64,000 nt of DNA from Terriglobia bacterium (GTDB lineage: Bacteria > Acidobacteriota > Terriglobia > Acidiferrales > UBA7541): contig OY968796.1 in the NCBI GenBank assembly GCA_963695545.1, positions 864,001-928,000 of the forward strand, read 5' to 3'. This document shows positions 28,693-38,864 of the stretch, one piece after another. The translations under genes and the position numbers were made by a program. Position 1 is the first letter of the stretch. The number at the start of each line of letters is the position of its first letter. The notes under the pieces are model-generated. The model saw only the letters and a program-made list of their open reading frames with translations, was not told the DNA's origin and did no database searches.

Positions 28693-29787
28693 TCAAAACG
28701 GGTGATAGATCGCGATGCCCGTGGTGATCTGCACGAGCGCCTCGCTGCCGCGATACAATCCCGATCGCGCGGCGCTGTTCGGCACGAAAACGATGTCGCG
28801 CGCTTCCAGTTCGGGATCTGTCTCTTTCCCGCTCAGAACTTTTCCCAGATTGAGTGGAATCTCGATGCGCTTTCCGGTCGCGGGATCCGTGCGGATGATG
28901 CGCGCCTGGCTGCGCGCCGCCGTGGACGTCAAACCCTCGGCCAGCGAAATCGCCTGCAACACCGAAATGTTGGCGTTGGCGTGCAGGGCGAACCCGCCCG
29001 GCCTGTGCACTTCGCCGACCACGTACACCGTACCGGCCTCGCCCACCTTCACGACGTCTCCCGGAAAAACCAGCACGTTGCTTTTCGTGTCGTCGCCTTC
29101 GAGAAGTCCTGCGATGTTGACTTCCGTGGTTAGCCCCGCTTGCGGCGCCGGGTCGTCCACCGCCGCCTCCGCAGATGCCGTTTGATTCACGCCTCCTCCG
29201 CGCACGATCGTCGCTGTGTCGCCCGCGTCGTCGGCTAGGCCCCCGGCCATCGAGAGCACCTCAATCAGCGATTTCGCTCCGCGAATCTGATACACATCGG
29301 GCTTGACCACTGCGCCGAACACCGAAACCCCGTGGCTTTCCATTTCCTTCACGAACACCGTCACTTGCGGATTTTTCATATAGTGAGCGCGCAGCTCGCC
29401 CGCGAGCGACTCCTCAACGTCCTGCGGCGTCTGCCCGGCCACCGGCACCGCGCCGAGCAGCGGCAATGAAATATCTCCGCCGGCGGAGACGCGAACCGTG
29501 CGGCTCAGGTCCGGCACGCCGAACACCGAAATGTCCAGCAAATCCTCAGGACCAATGCGATAGCTCGCCACTTCCGGTGGCAACGCGCGCCGAAGCTCGT
29601 CGAGGCGGCGGTTGATATCCGCCGATGTTCCGCCTTGCCAGGATTCCGCCGCGCTGGCCGGCGAAGATGAACGAGCTGGTGATGAAGATGGAGACGACGA
29701 TGTCTGCGCAAACATCCACGGACACGCCACGCCGAGAGCGCAACTGCCCAACGCCAGAACCGCGACGACAAATCCGCGCACGGACAT
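28693..29787 (-). CDS. wza: Wza-like polysaccharide export protein (Poly_export + SLBB)
   Basis: YRIGPEDLLDISV, GDISLPLLG, NPQVTV, SLBB repeats, DIVFVP; N-terminal signal peptide. Start may be 29805. Confidence 0.9.
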   Translation of the reverse strand: MSVRGFVVAVLALGSCALGVACPWMFAQTSSSPSSSPARSSSPASAAESWQGGTSADINRRLDELRRALPPEVASYRIGPEDLLDISVFGVPDLSRTVRVSAGGDISLPLLGAVPVAGQTPQDVEESLAGELRAHYMKNPQVTVFVKEMESHGVSVFGAVVKPDVYQIRGAKSLIEVLSMAGGLADDAGDTATIVRGGGVNQTASAEAAVDDPAPQAGLTTEVNIAGLLEGDDTKSNVLVFPGDVVKVGEAGTVYVVGEVHRPGGFALHANANISVLQAISLAEGLTSTAARSQARIIRTDPATGKRIEIPLNLGKVLSGKETDPELEARDIVFVPNSAARSGLYRGSEALVQITTGIAIYHPF

Positions 29788-29913
29788 CACTTTTCCCCCA
29801 CTCACAATCGGTCTTGGAACGTTCGCTGCGCGCCCCCGCTTCTTCTCAGGACGCTCTCGGGTTCGGGAAGAGTTCAGAAATGGAACTCAACCCAGGCGCT
29901 TTCACCCTACCTA

Positions 29914-29931
29914 TTGCAAACGATGGGCCAA
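29914..29931 (-). promoter_or_regulatory. sigma54 (-24/-12) promoter of the polysaccharide operon
   Basis: Minus strand reads TTGGCCCATCGTTTGCAA = TGGC-N7-TTGCA, with exact GG-N10-GC spacing, about 125 nt upstream of wza. Confidence 0.65.
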
Positions 29932-30014
29932 CGACGGGATGGATTGGAAAACGCGGACCGAAAAGCTTTCTTCGTTGTGCAGCTTATTTGTTTCAAGTAT
30001 CTTCGCTTGAAGCG

Positions 30015-30794
30015 ATGGTCGATATTCACTGCCACATTCTGCCGGGCTTAGACGACGGCGCCGAGTCCCCAGAAATTTCGTTCCAAATGGCGGAAGCGGC
30101 CATTGCCGATGGCATTACACACGTCGTCGCCACGCCCCACGCCAACACCCGGTTCGCGTTTCGTCCCGAATTGGTACAGCAGCGCCGGGATGAACTTCAG
30201 GCCAAACTCGGCGATCGCCTGCTCCTCGGCACCGGTTGCGATTTCCATTTGAGTTTTGAAAATTTGCGTGACGCGCAGCAGCACCCGCACAAATACACCA
30301 TCAATCAGAAACAATATCTTCTTGTGGAACTCGGCGATTTCGCGATTCCTCCGGCCATCGAAGAAACTTTGCACCACCTCCAACTCGCCGGCGTTGCCCC
30401 GATCATCACTCACCCCGAGCGCAACGCTCTCGTTCGCGCGAAACCCGATCGCCTCTACGGATGGTTGCATCAGGGCTGTTACGTCCAAGTCACGGCGGGC
30501 TCTCTCTTGGGTCGGTTCGGCCGCGGCGCCGCGGAATGGGTGGAGCGGTGGCTCAAAGAGGATCGCATCCATTTTTTTGCAAGCGATGCGCACAATCTGA
30601 CCGGCCGGCCGCTCCGCTTGCGCGAGGCCTACGAAAAGGTTTCCGCGCTGCGCAATGAAAGCGTGGCGCAGGCGTTGTTCGTCGTTAACCCCACCGCAGC
30701 ATTTGAAGGCCGGCCGCTGCCCTACGAACCGGAGCAGCAGGAAGCCCCGCGCGAAGACTCGCCGCGCAAGAAGAAGAGATTTTTCTTTTTCTGA
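30015..30794 (+). CDS. CpsB/CapC-family PHP phosphotyrosine phosphatase
   Basis: MVDIHCHILPGLDDG, ATPH, THPERN, ASDAH; divergent from wza. Confidence 0.92.
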   Translation: MVDIHCHILPGLDDGAESPEISFQMAEAAIADGITHVVATPHANTRFAFRPELVQQRRDELQAKLGDRLLLGTGCDFHLSFENLRDAQQHPHKYTINQKQYLLVELGDFAIPPAIEETLHHLQLAGVAPIITHPERNALVRAKPDRLYGWLHQGCYVQVTAGSLLGRFGRGAAEWVERWLKEDRIHFFASDAHNLTGRPLRLREAYEKVSALRNESVAQALFVVNPTAAFEGRPLPYEPEQQEAPREDSPRKKKRFFFF

Positions 30795-30860
30795 GGGCCG
30801 AAGTTTCTGAGGTGAACCACATTTCGGCGCGTAGCGGCCCCTCCGCGCTCAACCGCACAT

Positions 30861-32699
30861 CTAAGCAAAGATTTCGAGAACGTCTTCGTAGCGCTTGAAC
30901 GGCGCGATCAAATAAGCCCCCGCAAGTTCCGCGCGCGCCCAATCGAGCATGCGCCGCGCGATGCGAAAACCGACTTCGCGCGCCGACGCGCCTGCCGCTT
31001 CCAGTTCGTCGAGCACCGCTTGCGGAATCACAATTCCAGGGACTTCATTGTTCAGTCGCACCGCTTGCTTGTAGCTCACCAGCGGCCAGATCCCGAGCAG
31101 CACGGGCACCGCGCATTTTCCGCCGATGCGTTTTTCAAACGCGTGCCAGTGTTCGGGATCGAACACCGGCTGCGTCATCAGAAAGTGCACGCCCGCGTCA
31201 ACCTTCGCGTGATAGCGATCGATCTCGTATTTCAAATCCTCGGCCAACGGATTGACCGCCGCACCAATCGTGAAATTGGTCGCGCCGCCCAGCGCCTTTC
31301 CGGCCCAATCCGTGCCGCGATTTAATCGTGAGAGCACGTCGACCAATCCGATCGAATCGATCTCATAGACGCCGCTTGATTCCGGATGATCGCCAAGCGA
31401 TGGCGGATCGCCCGTGATGGCCAGAACGTTGCGCACGCCGCCCACGGCCCAGGCGCCCAGCAGCGCGGCCTGCAGACCAATCAGATTCTGATCGCGCGTC
31501 GTGAGGTGCGGAATCGTCTCGATCCCCTCAGCCGCGAGCGCGCCGGCCAATTGCAGCGCGTCCATCCCCACGCGCGCCATCGAGCCGCTATTGATATCGA
31601 TCGCATCCACTTGCCCAGCGGCCATGATCCGTTTCACCTGCTCGAGTGTGCGCTCGAGCTGCGCGCCGCGCGGCGGATCGATTTCCACCGAGACGACAAA
31701 TTTCTTCTCTTGTATCTTTCGCCACAGCGCGCTCTCAGGCTCGCGGCGAAGATCGCGACGCGGCGCAGTTACAACCTCCACGTGCGACGCCGCGGCTGAA
31801 GCGGTTCTCGCCGGCCCCATGTTCCGCGTGGCCTCGGCCAGTGCGCGAATGTGTTCCGGCGTCGTGCCGCAGCATCCGCCCAGAATTCGCACCCCCAGCG
31901 CTACCGCTTCCACCGCGAATTGCGCGAAATATTCAGGCGACGAACGTGGATAAACAATGCGATCCCCGACGCGCTTCGGAAAACCCGCGTTCGGCATGGC
32001 CGCGATTGGCCGCCCGGAACCCGCAAATCCTTCAAGGATAGGCAGCAAAAGCTGTGGCCCCACAGTGCAATTCGCTCCCAGCGCTTGAATATCGAGCGCC
32101 GCCAATCGCGCGACAACTTCCTCCGGCCGCGCGCCGCCCAACGTCGTCCCTTCGTCGGAAAACGTCATCTCCGCGACGATCGGCAGCACTGAAAATGACC
32201 GAATGGCTTCGATCGCGCCGGTCAACTCATCGAAATCCGAAAATGTTTCGAGAATAAACAAATCCACGCCGCGCTCTTCAAGTGCCGCGGCCTGCTCGCG
32301 AAACGCCTCGCGCAACTCTTCGGTCGAAAGCGGCCGCATGTGGCGCGCGGCTCCCAGCGGACCGATCGAACCCGCCACCAAAACCTCGCGGCCCGAGGTG
32401 TCGCGCACGTCGCGCGCAATCTTCACTCCGGCCGAATTGATCTTTCCCACTTGCTCGGCGAGACCCAACGGCGCAAGCTTCAGCCGATTCGCGCCGAAGG
32501 TATTGGTCTCGATGATCTGCGCGCCCGCTTCGATATACGATCTGTGCACCCGAGCGATGGTTTCGGGCTCGATCAGGTTGAGTTCCTCGAAGCAGCGCTG
32601 AGCGCCGATGGTTTCGTGCAGCAGCGATCCCATCGCTCCGTCGGCGACGAGAACCGCGTTCTGCAATCGTTGTTTGAAATCGTCAATCTTCATCGTCAA
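30861..32699 (-). CDS. yitJ: bifunctional homocysteine S-methyltransferase / methylenetetrahydrofolate reductase
   Basis: DGAMGS, ETNTFGAN, GANC, GGCCGTTPEHI, then an MTHFR domain (VEIDPP, HLTTRDQN, ITGDPP, TQPVFD). Confidence 0.9.
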   Translation of the reverse strand: MTMKIDDFKQRLQNAVLVADGAMGSLLHETIGAQRCFEELNLIEPETIARVHRSYIEAGAQIIETNTFGANRLKLAPLGLAEQVGKINSAGVKIARDVRDTSGREVLVAGSIGPLGAARHMRPLSTEELREAFREQAAALEERGVDLFILETFSDFDELTGAIEAIRSFSVLPIVAEMTFSDEGTTLGGARPEEVVARLAALDIQALGANCTVGPQLLLPILEGFAGSGRPIAAMPNAGFPKRVGDRIVYPRSSPEYFAQFAVEAVALGVRILGGCCGTTPEHIRALAEATRNMGPARTASAAASHVEVVTAPRRDLRREPESALWRKIQEKKFVVSVEIDPPRGAQLERTLEQVKRIMAAGQVDAIDINSGSMARVGMDALQLAGALAAEGIETIPHLTTRDQNLIGLQAALLGAWAVGGVRNVLAITGDPPSLGDHPESSGVYEIDSIGLVDVLSRLNRGTDWAGKALGGATNFTIGAAVNPLAEDLKYEIDRYHAKVDAGVHFLMTQPVFDPEHWHAFEKRIGGKCAVPVLLGIWPLVSYKQAVRLNNEVPGIVIPQAVLDELEAAGASAREVGFRIARRMLDWARAELAGAYLIAPFKRYEDVLEIFA

Positions 32700-32753
32700 T
32701 CCCGGTCAAGAATCCTGCCAATCGCTTTCGATGCCCTTGGTAACTCGGCGGGG

Positions 32754-34148
32754 TCAGTGGCGCTGCTGCTGTTCCATCAATGCGGCGATGGTGCCCATCA
32801 AATCGAATTTGGTAAGAATGTCGAATTTGCCGTCGCCCATTTCGACGAACACCGCCGGGCCTTCGTGGCTCAGAAGATACGTCAGCCGCTCGACCGGGAC
32901 CGTCTTCGGCACTTGGGGCAGCGGCTTGCTCATCACTTCGCGGATCACCAGCTTGCGCAGATCTTTGCCCTGCAGCGCCAGATTCAAGATTTGATCCTCG
33001 TAGATCGCGCCCACCGGCGTTGAATCCTCGAACACCGGCAGCTGCGAAATGTCCTGCGTCTGCATGGCGTGCAGCGCGTGGAACACAGTCTGATACGGCC
33101 GCGCGATCACAAGCTCGCGCTCCTTCGTGTTGCGGCTCTTGGCGCGCACCACGTCTTCCGCGGTGAGCGAAACTTCGGTGTCCGCGTAGCCGCGCTCGCG
33201 CATCCATTCGTCGCTATAGACCTTGCTCAAATACCGCGTGCCGGTGTCCGGCAGAAACGCCACAACCATATTGTTCTTCGGCAAATCCTTGGCCACGCGC
33301 AGCGCCGCGACCACGCACCCGCCGCCCGATCCGCCAGTGAAAATGCCCTCCTGTCGAGCCAGGCGCCGCGTCCACACAAAACATTCCTCGTCGCTCACTT
33401 GCATCACGTCGTCGAGTATTTTGAAATTCATCGTGGACGGGAAAATATCTTCGCCGATTCCTTCCACAACGTAGGTTTTGGCCTTCCCTACTTTTCCGGT
33501 CTTGAAAAACTCGTAATAAAGCGAACCGATCGGGTCCACGCCGATCAATTTGATGGCTGGATTTTTCTCTTTCAAGTAGCGGCCCACGCCGCTGATGGTT
33601 CCGCCGGTGCCCATCCCGGCGACGAAATGCGTAATCTTCCCTTCGGTGTCTTCCCAGATTTCGGGGCCGGTGGTGCGGTAATGCGCTTCGGGATTCATCG
33701 GATTTTCGTACTGATTCGGATAAAAGGAATTCGGAATTTCGCGCGCCAGTTTGCGCGCCACCGAATAGTAGCTCCGCGGATCGTCCGGCTCGACTGCGGT
33801 CGGACACACGATCACCTCGGCGCCGAGCGCCTTGAGCTGATCTACTTTTTCCTTCGATTGCTTGTCGGTGGTCGTGAACACGATCTTGTAACCGCGCACG
33901 GCCGCCACCAGCGCGAGTCCAATGCCGGTGTTGCCGGACGTACCCTCGATGATCGTGCCGCCGGGTTTGAGCAATCCCTTCTTCTCGGCGTCGTCGATCA
34001 TCGAAATGCCGATGCGGTCCTTCACAGAACCGCCGGGATTCATGTAATCGACCTTCACGTACAGGGACGCCTGAAGTTCGCGCGTCAGCCGGTTCAAGCG
34101 CACCAGCGGCGTGTGTCCGATGGCCTCGAGGATGTGTTCGCACTTCAT
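32754..34148 (-). CDS. cystathionine beta-synthase with C-terminal CBS domains
   Basis: IGHTPLVRL, NPGGSVKDRI (PLP Lys), TSGNTG, GMGTGGT, EGIGED, CBS pair. Confidence 0.9.
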   Translation of the reverse strand: MKCEHILEAIGHTPLVRLNRLTRELQASLYVKVDYMNPGGSVKDRIGISMIDDAEKKGLLKPGGTIIEGTSGNTGIGLALVAAVRGYKIVFTTTDKQSKEKVDQLKALGAEVIVCPTAVEPDDPRSYYSVARKLAREIPNSFYPNQYENPMNPEAHYRTTGPEIWEDTEGKITHFVAGMGTGGTISGVGRYLKEKNPAIKLIGVDPIGSLYYEFFKTGKVGKAKTYVVEGIGEDIFPSTMNFKILDDVMQVSDEECFVWTRRLARQEGIFTGGSGGGCVVAALRVAKDLPKNNMVVAFLPDTGTRYLSKVYSDEWMRERGYADTEVSLTAEDVVRAKSRNTKERELVIARPYQTVFHALHAMQTQDISQLPVFEDSTPVGAIYEDQILNLALQGKDLRKLVIREVMSKPLPQVPKTVPVERLTYLLSHEGPAVFVEMGDGKFDILTKFDLMGTIAALMEQQQRH

Positions 34149-34353
34149 GGTTTATTTGAGCGATTCTTAGAAAGTGTATCACGCAGCGCGCGGGTGTCCG
34201 AACACGCGCGCGGATCACACGTGCGCCCCGCGCAACATCTTGCTTTGTAGAACTTCGCGCTTCGCGTGGGCCGTCAGGCGCGCGCGATGGCGCAATGCGC
34301 TGCGGCAAGCTAATCCCTGTGGCATACTTTCGCCCTGCGAAGGAGGCATGCAC

Positions 34354-34806
34354 ATGATCCGGCGCACAAGCGGGCGGCAGAACTTTTCGACGGGCACCAA
34401 GTGGGAACCCATCGTCGGCTATTCGCGCGCCGTTCGCGTGGGCGCCACCATCCACGTCTCCGGCACGACGGCCAGTGGCGCTAACGGCGAAATCATCGGC
34501 CCCGGCGATCCCTACACGCAAACCGTTCAGACGCTCCGGAACATCAGCACCGCGCTGCGCCAAGCCGGCGCGCGGCTTGAAGATGTGGTGCGCACGCGCA
34601 TCTTCGTAACCGACATCGCGCAATGGGAGGCCGTCGGCCGAGCCCACGGCGAATTCTTCGGCACCATACGCCCGGCCACCGCGATGGTCGAAGTGCGCCG
34701 ATTGATTTCTCCCGAAATGCTCGTTGAAATCGAAGCCGAAGCCATCGTGCTCACTCACGCTCCAAAGCCACGCGCGCGAAAACTTCCGCGCGGGAAGAAA
34801 CGATAA
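34354..34806 (+). CDS. RidA/YjgF-family protein
   Basis: [42 protein letters not shown] at 34341. Confidence 0.9.
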   Translation: MIRRTSGRQNFSTGTKWEPIVGYSRAVRVGATIHVSGTTASGANGEIIGPGDPYTQTVQTLRNISTALRQAGARLEDVVRTRIFVTDIAQWEAVGRAHGEFFGTIRPATAMVEVRRLISPEMLVEIEAEAIVLTHAPKPRARKLPRGKKR

Positions 34807-34812
34807 CGCCGG

Positions 34813-37104
34813 ATGCGTCACCGTCGCGTGCCCGCCAAGAGTTTTCGCGTCGCCGTTGCCGCCTTCGCGTTGTCTCTCGCTTCCGGATGGGCCGCGGCGG
34901 CACGCGCGCAAGAAGCGAAACCGCCATCTCCGCTGACTGTTGAGCGCATTTACTCTGCGCCGAGTCTCGCCGGTGTTGAACTCACGGATCTCGCGTGGAG
35001 TCCGGATGGTTCGCACTTGACGTACATGCAGGATGGCGAGGCGGGCGGAGGCGGGCGGCCCGAGATGTGGATCGTGGATGCGGCGACGGGGCAACGGAAA
35101 CTTCTGCTCGACCAGGATCACGTGACGAAACTTCTTGGGCCGCCTATTTCGCGCGGGCAGCAAACCGGTTTGGGCCGCGTGACTCCGCCGAGCTATTTCT
35201 GGGCGCCGGACGGAAAATCTCTCCTTTTCGCTTCCGCGTCCGAGCTTGTGTGGTACGACCTCGCGACGCAAGCCAGCAAAATTCTGGTCCGCGCGAAGGC
35301 CGGCGTTCCGGACGACGAGGGCGACGATGCCGCGGACCTCGAGGATCCTAAGATCTCTCCCGACAGCCACTGGGTCAGCTTCCTCCGCGATCACGATATT
35401 TGGGCGGTGAACGTCGCAACGGTCCAAATCCACGCGGTGACGCAAGGCGGAAGCGAACCGGTGCGCCACGGCGAACTCGATTGGATTTATCCCGAAGAAC
35501 TCGATCTGCACACCGCGTATTGGTGGTCGCCCGACTCGGCGCGGATCGCGTATCTGCAATTGGACGAGCGGCAGGTGACGCGGTACCCGCTGGTGGATCA
35601 ACTTGATCCGCGCGGCACGACAACCTTCGAGCGTTTTCCGGCCGCGGGCGATGCAAATCCGATCGCCAAGGTCGGCGTCGTCTCGCTTTCCGGCGGAGCG
35701 ACGCACTGGATGGACACGGGCACCGACACATCGGTGCTGCTCGCGCGCGTCGCGTGGCTGCCGGATTCGCGGCGCGTGGCGATCGAACGATTCAATCGCG
35801 CGCAGACGCAACTCGATCTGATTTTCGCCGACGCCGGGAGCGGGCGCGCGACGACAATTCTGACGGAGCAGGACAAGAATTGGATCAATGTTTCCGACAT
35901 TCTTTATTTTTTCTCCGACGAGCGCCGCTTTATCTGGTCGAGCGAGCGATCGGGATTCCGGCATCTTTATCTTTACGACGTGAGCGGCGCGCTTATCGCG
36001 CAGCTCACGCACGGCGATTGGGAAGTTGAGAGCCTCGAAGGCGTCGATGAAGCGGCGCAATCCGCGTATTTCATCTCGACCCAAAAAAGCCCAATCGAGC
36101 GGCAGTTGTATCGCGCTTCGCTCTCCGGCGGCGATCCCGTGCCGATCACGCGCGCGGCGGGTACGCACGAAGTGGTGATGGCGCCGGGTTGCGCCGATTT
36201 CGCGGACGCGTTCTCGACCGAAATGACACCGCCGCGCGAGGAGCTCGACCACGCCGACGGCACGCTCGAAACCGTGCTCAACGAGAATCACGTTGCCGAA
36301 CTCGAAACCGATCATCTTTCTCCCGTGGAGTTCATCACGATCCCCGGGGCGGACGGGACGCCGCTTCATGCTTCCGTGATCAAGCCGCCGGATTTCGATC
36401 CGGCCAAAAAATATCCGGTGATCGTGCACTACTACGGCGGTCCGGGCGCGCAGGAAGTTCTGAACGCCTGGGACGACGGAACGCAGTGGCAGATCTTGTT
36501 GTGGCACGAGATCATGGCGCAAAAAGGATTCATCATTTTCACGCTCGACAATCGCGGCACTTCCGGGCGCGGCCACGCGTTTGAGACGCCGATCGCGCGC
36601 CACTTCGGCGCGGTCGAAATGGCCGATCAACTCGCGGGCGTGGCGTGGCTCGCACAGCAGCCGTGGGCCGACACATCCCGCATGGGAATCTGGGGATGGA
36701 GCTACGGCGGTTATTTGACGTGCTACCTGATGCTCAACGCTCCGGGCGTTTTTCGCGCGGGCCTCGCGGTCTCGCCCGTCACCGACTGGCGGATGTACGA
36801 CACGATTTACACCGAGCGGTACATGGGCACGCCGCAAGACAATGCCACGGGCTACAGCGAATCCTCCGTGCTCGACAAGGCCGGCGCGCTTGAAGGCAAA
36901 TTGCTAATCGCGCATGGCACCGACGACGACAACGTGCACTTCGGCCAGACGGTGTCGCTGGCGAATCGCTTCGTGCGCGCCGGCAAATACGCCGAATATC
37001 AAATCTACGCGGGGCGTGGCCACGGTCTGTACGACTCGGTGGCGCGCGTGCATTTATTCGATCGCGCCACGCAATTTTTCCTCGACAACGTGAAGGGGCC
37101 GTAA
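34813..37104 (+). CDS. S9B dipeptidyl peptidase IV, exported
   Basis: Signal peptide, DWIYPEE, WWSPD, GWSYGG nucleophile, HGTDDDNVH, GRGH. Confidence 0.92.
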   Translation: MRHRRVPAKSFRVAVAAFALSLASGWAAAARAQEAKPPSPLTVERIYSAPSLAGVELTDLAWSPDGSHLTYMQDGEAGGGGRPEMWIVDAATGQRKLLLDQDHVTKLLGPPISRGQQTGLGRVTPPSYFWAPDGKSLLFASASELVWYDLATQASKILVRAKAGVPDDEGDDAADLEDPKISPDSHWVSFLRDHDIWAVNVATVQIHAVTQGGSEPVRHGELDWIYPEELDLHTAYWWSPDSARIAYLQLDERQVTRYPLVDQLDPRGTTTFERFPAAGDANPIAKVGVVSLSGGATHWMDTGTDTSVLLARVAWLPDSRRVAIERFNRAQTQLDLIFADAGSGRATTILTEQDKNWINVSDILYFFSDERRFIWSSERSGFRHLYLYDVSGALIAQLTHGDWEVESLEGVDEAAQSAYFISTQKSPIERQLYRASLSGGDPVPITRAAGTHEVVMAPGCADFADAFSTEMTPPREELDHADGTLETVLNENHVAELETDHLSPVEFITIPGADGTPLHASVIKPPDFDPAKKYPVIVHYYGGPGAQEVLNAWDDGTQWQILLWHEIMAQKGFIIFTLDNRGTSGRGHAFETPIARHFGAVEMADQLAGVAWLAQQPWADTSRMGIWGWSYGGYLTCYLMLNAPGVFRAGLAVSPVTDWRMYDTIYTERYMGTPQDNATGYSESSVLDKAGALEGKLLIAHGTDDDNVHFGQTVSLANRFVRAGKYAEYQIYAGRGHGLYDSVARVHLFDRATQFFLDNVKGP

Positions 37105-37138
37105 CGCGTGACGCGCGCCGGCCCCTCCCGAGCAATTC

Positions 37139-38632
37139 CTACCAATGAATGCGGACGCGATAGCGCAGGACCGATGAGGCGTTCGGCGCTACGGGGACTT
37201 CAAATTGCGCGGCGAACGCGCCGGTTTTTTTCGCATCGTAGGTGGAGCTGAGCATTTGCCAATCGCCGCCGATGGGCTCGTTCACTTCGACGGTGATGGG
37301 AACATCCTTGTGATTGCGCAGCGTGATTTCGTATTCCAATTCCACCACATGGTTTGATATCACCTGATAGTCGGTCTGTTTGCGTTCGGCGACGATGTCG
37401 AACGCGTTGCCGACGTGCAGGTCGACGGCTTCATCTTTGGGTGTGTGATCGATTTGGTCTTCGCCGATGAAGAGCACGCCGCCGTGTGAATCGGCTTCGT
37501 AAACGCGCACGATGCCCGCCGGGAGCGGCATGCCGAGGCCGGATTTTTCTTCGTTCTCGAATTTGTAGTAGACCTCGACGGGGTCTTTGAGCGGGGCGCC
37601 GGGGTCCGCGGCGCTGTGATAGTAGCCGGTTTGTCCATTGACGACGTAACGGCGCTCGATGGGAATCGCCGGGGCGCTGAGCAGCGAAATTTGTTTGCTT
37701 TCGTTATTTTCGATCGAGGTGCGGCGGCCGAGCGTGTAGAGATGATATTCGGAGAACGATTCTTGTTGGAACGGCGCGGCCACAACGGCCTCCGTCTGCG
37801 CTCTGGCCATGAGCTCGTCCACTGCGCCTGCTTGCGTTGGAACGCGATGAATGTCGCCGGCGACCAATTGAAGTTGCGCGTTCTCGAATGCGGTGCCGCT
37901 TTTGTTGACCAGCGTGACCCAGCCATTGAGGTCGGCGGAAGTCTCTTCGCGGCCGATGGTGAGAACGTAGTCGGCGCTCCAGGAAAGATTCGCGGTTAAA
38001 TACGACGCTTCGACGGTTTGGCGGCGCTCACCTCGATTGTCGAGCAGCCACAGAAGCGTGGGCCGGTCGTAGAGATTTCCGGGGAGTTCGGGGAAACGAT
38101 AACTGTCGGTGTTCATTCCGGTGACGATTTGATCGCCGATCTTCCAGACCGGGCCGCCAGGATTGTCGGACAACAGCGTGGCTGGAAATTCCTGCAGCTC
38201 GCTCGAATTGTCTTTGAAGACAGTGCGCACGAGTGTGACTTCGCGGCCGACATATTTTTGGAGCAGCTTCTGGGGATCGAGCAGATCGTATTCGTAGTCC
38301 TGCTCGAGAACGTCGAGCTTGGCGGGATCGGCGATCGAGCGGAAGTGGACCGTGGCCGGATTGATCGAAGCGGCGATGTCCATGAAGCGCAGTCGGGATT
38401 CGCCGGCGGGCAAATCGATTTGGCGGAGGTCGCGGACGAGAGCAAGGTCGGAGTTGTAGACGGTGACGGCGAGATCGGTTTGGTCTTTCAAGGTTGTGGT
38501 GGACTCGGCGGGAGAGTCGGCGGCGCGCGCGAAATTTTGCAGCGGCGCGAGCGCGAATAACGCGGCGACGAGAAGCGCGAGCGCCGAGCGGCCGGTGAGC
38601 GTGGGGCGAGTGGAGCGCGATGAGAGTTTCAT
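37139..38632 (-). CDS. exported DUF4139-family protein
   Basis: Signal peptide; VTVYNSDLALVRD, LSWSADY, LGMPLPAGIVRVY, IDHTPKDE. Confidence 0.75.
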   Translation of the reverse strand: MKLSSRSTRPTLTGRSALALLVAALFALAPLQNFARAADSPAESTTTLKDQTDLAVTVYNSDLALVRDLRQIDLPAGESRLRFMDIAASINPATVHFRSIADPAKLDVLEQDYEYDLLDPQKLLQKYVGREVTLVRTVFKDNSSELQEFPATLLSDNPGGPVWKIGDQIVTGMNTDSYRFPELPGNLYDRPTLLWLLDNRGERRQTVEASYLTANLSWSADYVLTIGREETSADLNGWVTLVNKSGTAFENAQLQLVAGDIHRVPTQAGAVDELMARAQTEAVVAAPFQQESFSEYHLYTLGRRTSIENNESKQISLLSAPAIPIERRYVVNGQTGYYHSAADPGAPLKDPVEVYYKFENEEKSGLGMPLPAGIVRVYEADSHGGVLFIGEDQIDHTPKDEAVDLHVGNAFDIVAERKQTDYQVISNHVVELEYEITLRNHKDVPITVEVNEPIGGDWQMLSSTYDAKKTGAFAAQFEVPVAPNASSVLRYRVRIHW

Positions 38633-38851
38633 TCTTTCCTCCGCAGGCGGCGTTCGAGTGTGTGCGCGGCTTGCCTGCACAGGTTTGAACGGAGCGGCGG
38701 GGATTTCTTGCGTTGGGGAGAGCGAACGGAGACCGGTTTCGACCGGAGAGTATATACACCCCCGGTATGTTTTGCGTAAGTATGGCAAACAAAGGAGATG
38801 CAGGAAAAGAGTGCGGATGAGTGTGAAAATAGGCAACTTGATATCGCCTTA

Positions 38852-38864
38852 TATCAATGAGTTG
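38852..38864 (+). promoter_or_regulatory. IHF-consensus site within an AT-rich intergenic element
   Basis: TATCAATGAGTTG matches WATCAANNNNTTR exactly. Confidence 0.4.

Noticed and set aside
33214..36837. 1207-aa minus-strand ORF and other long alternative ORFs (e.g. 4974-6884, 6921-9164, 27868-29133, 44371-45912, 60695-61918)
   Set aside because: Antisense or shifted-frame shadows of well-supported genes; Arg/Ala-rich with no motifs, as expected in high-GC DNA.
38633..38836. N-terminal extensions given by the ORF track (also for ORFs 1056-2606, 2494-4530, 9992-12817, 29625-30794, 60659-63040)
   Set aside because: Downstream starts have an RBS or stop/start coupling and begin at the family's normal N-terminus.
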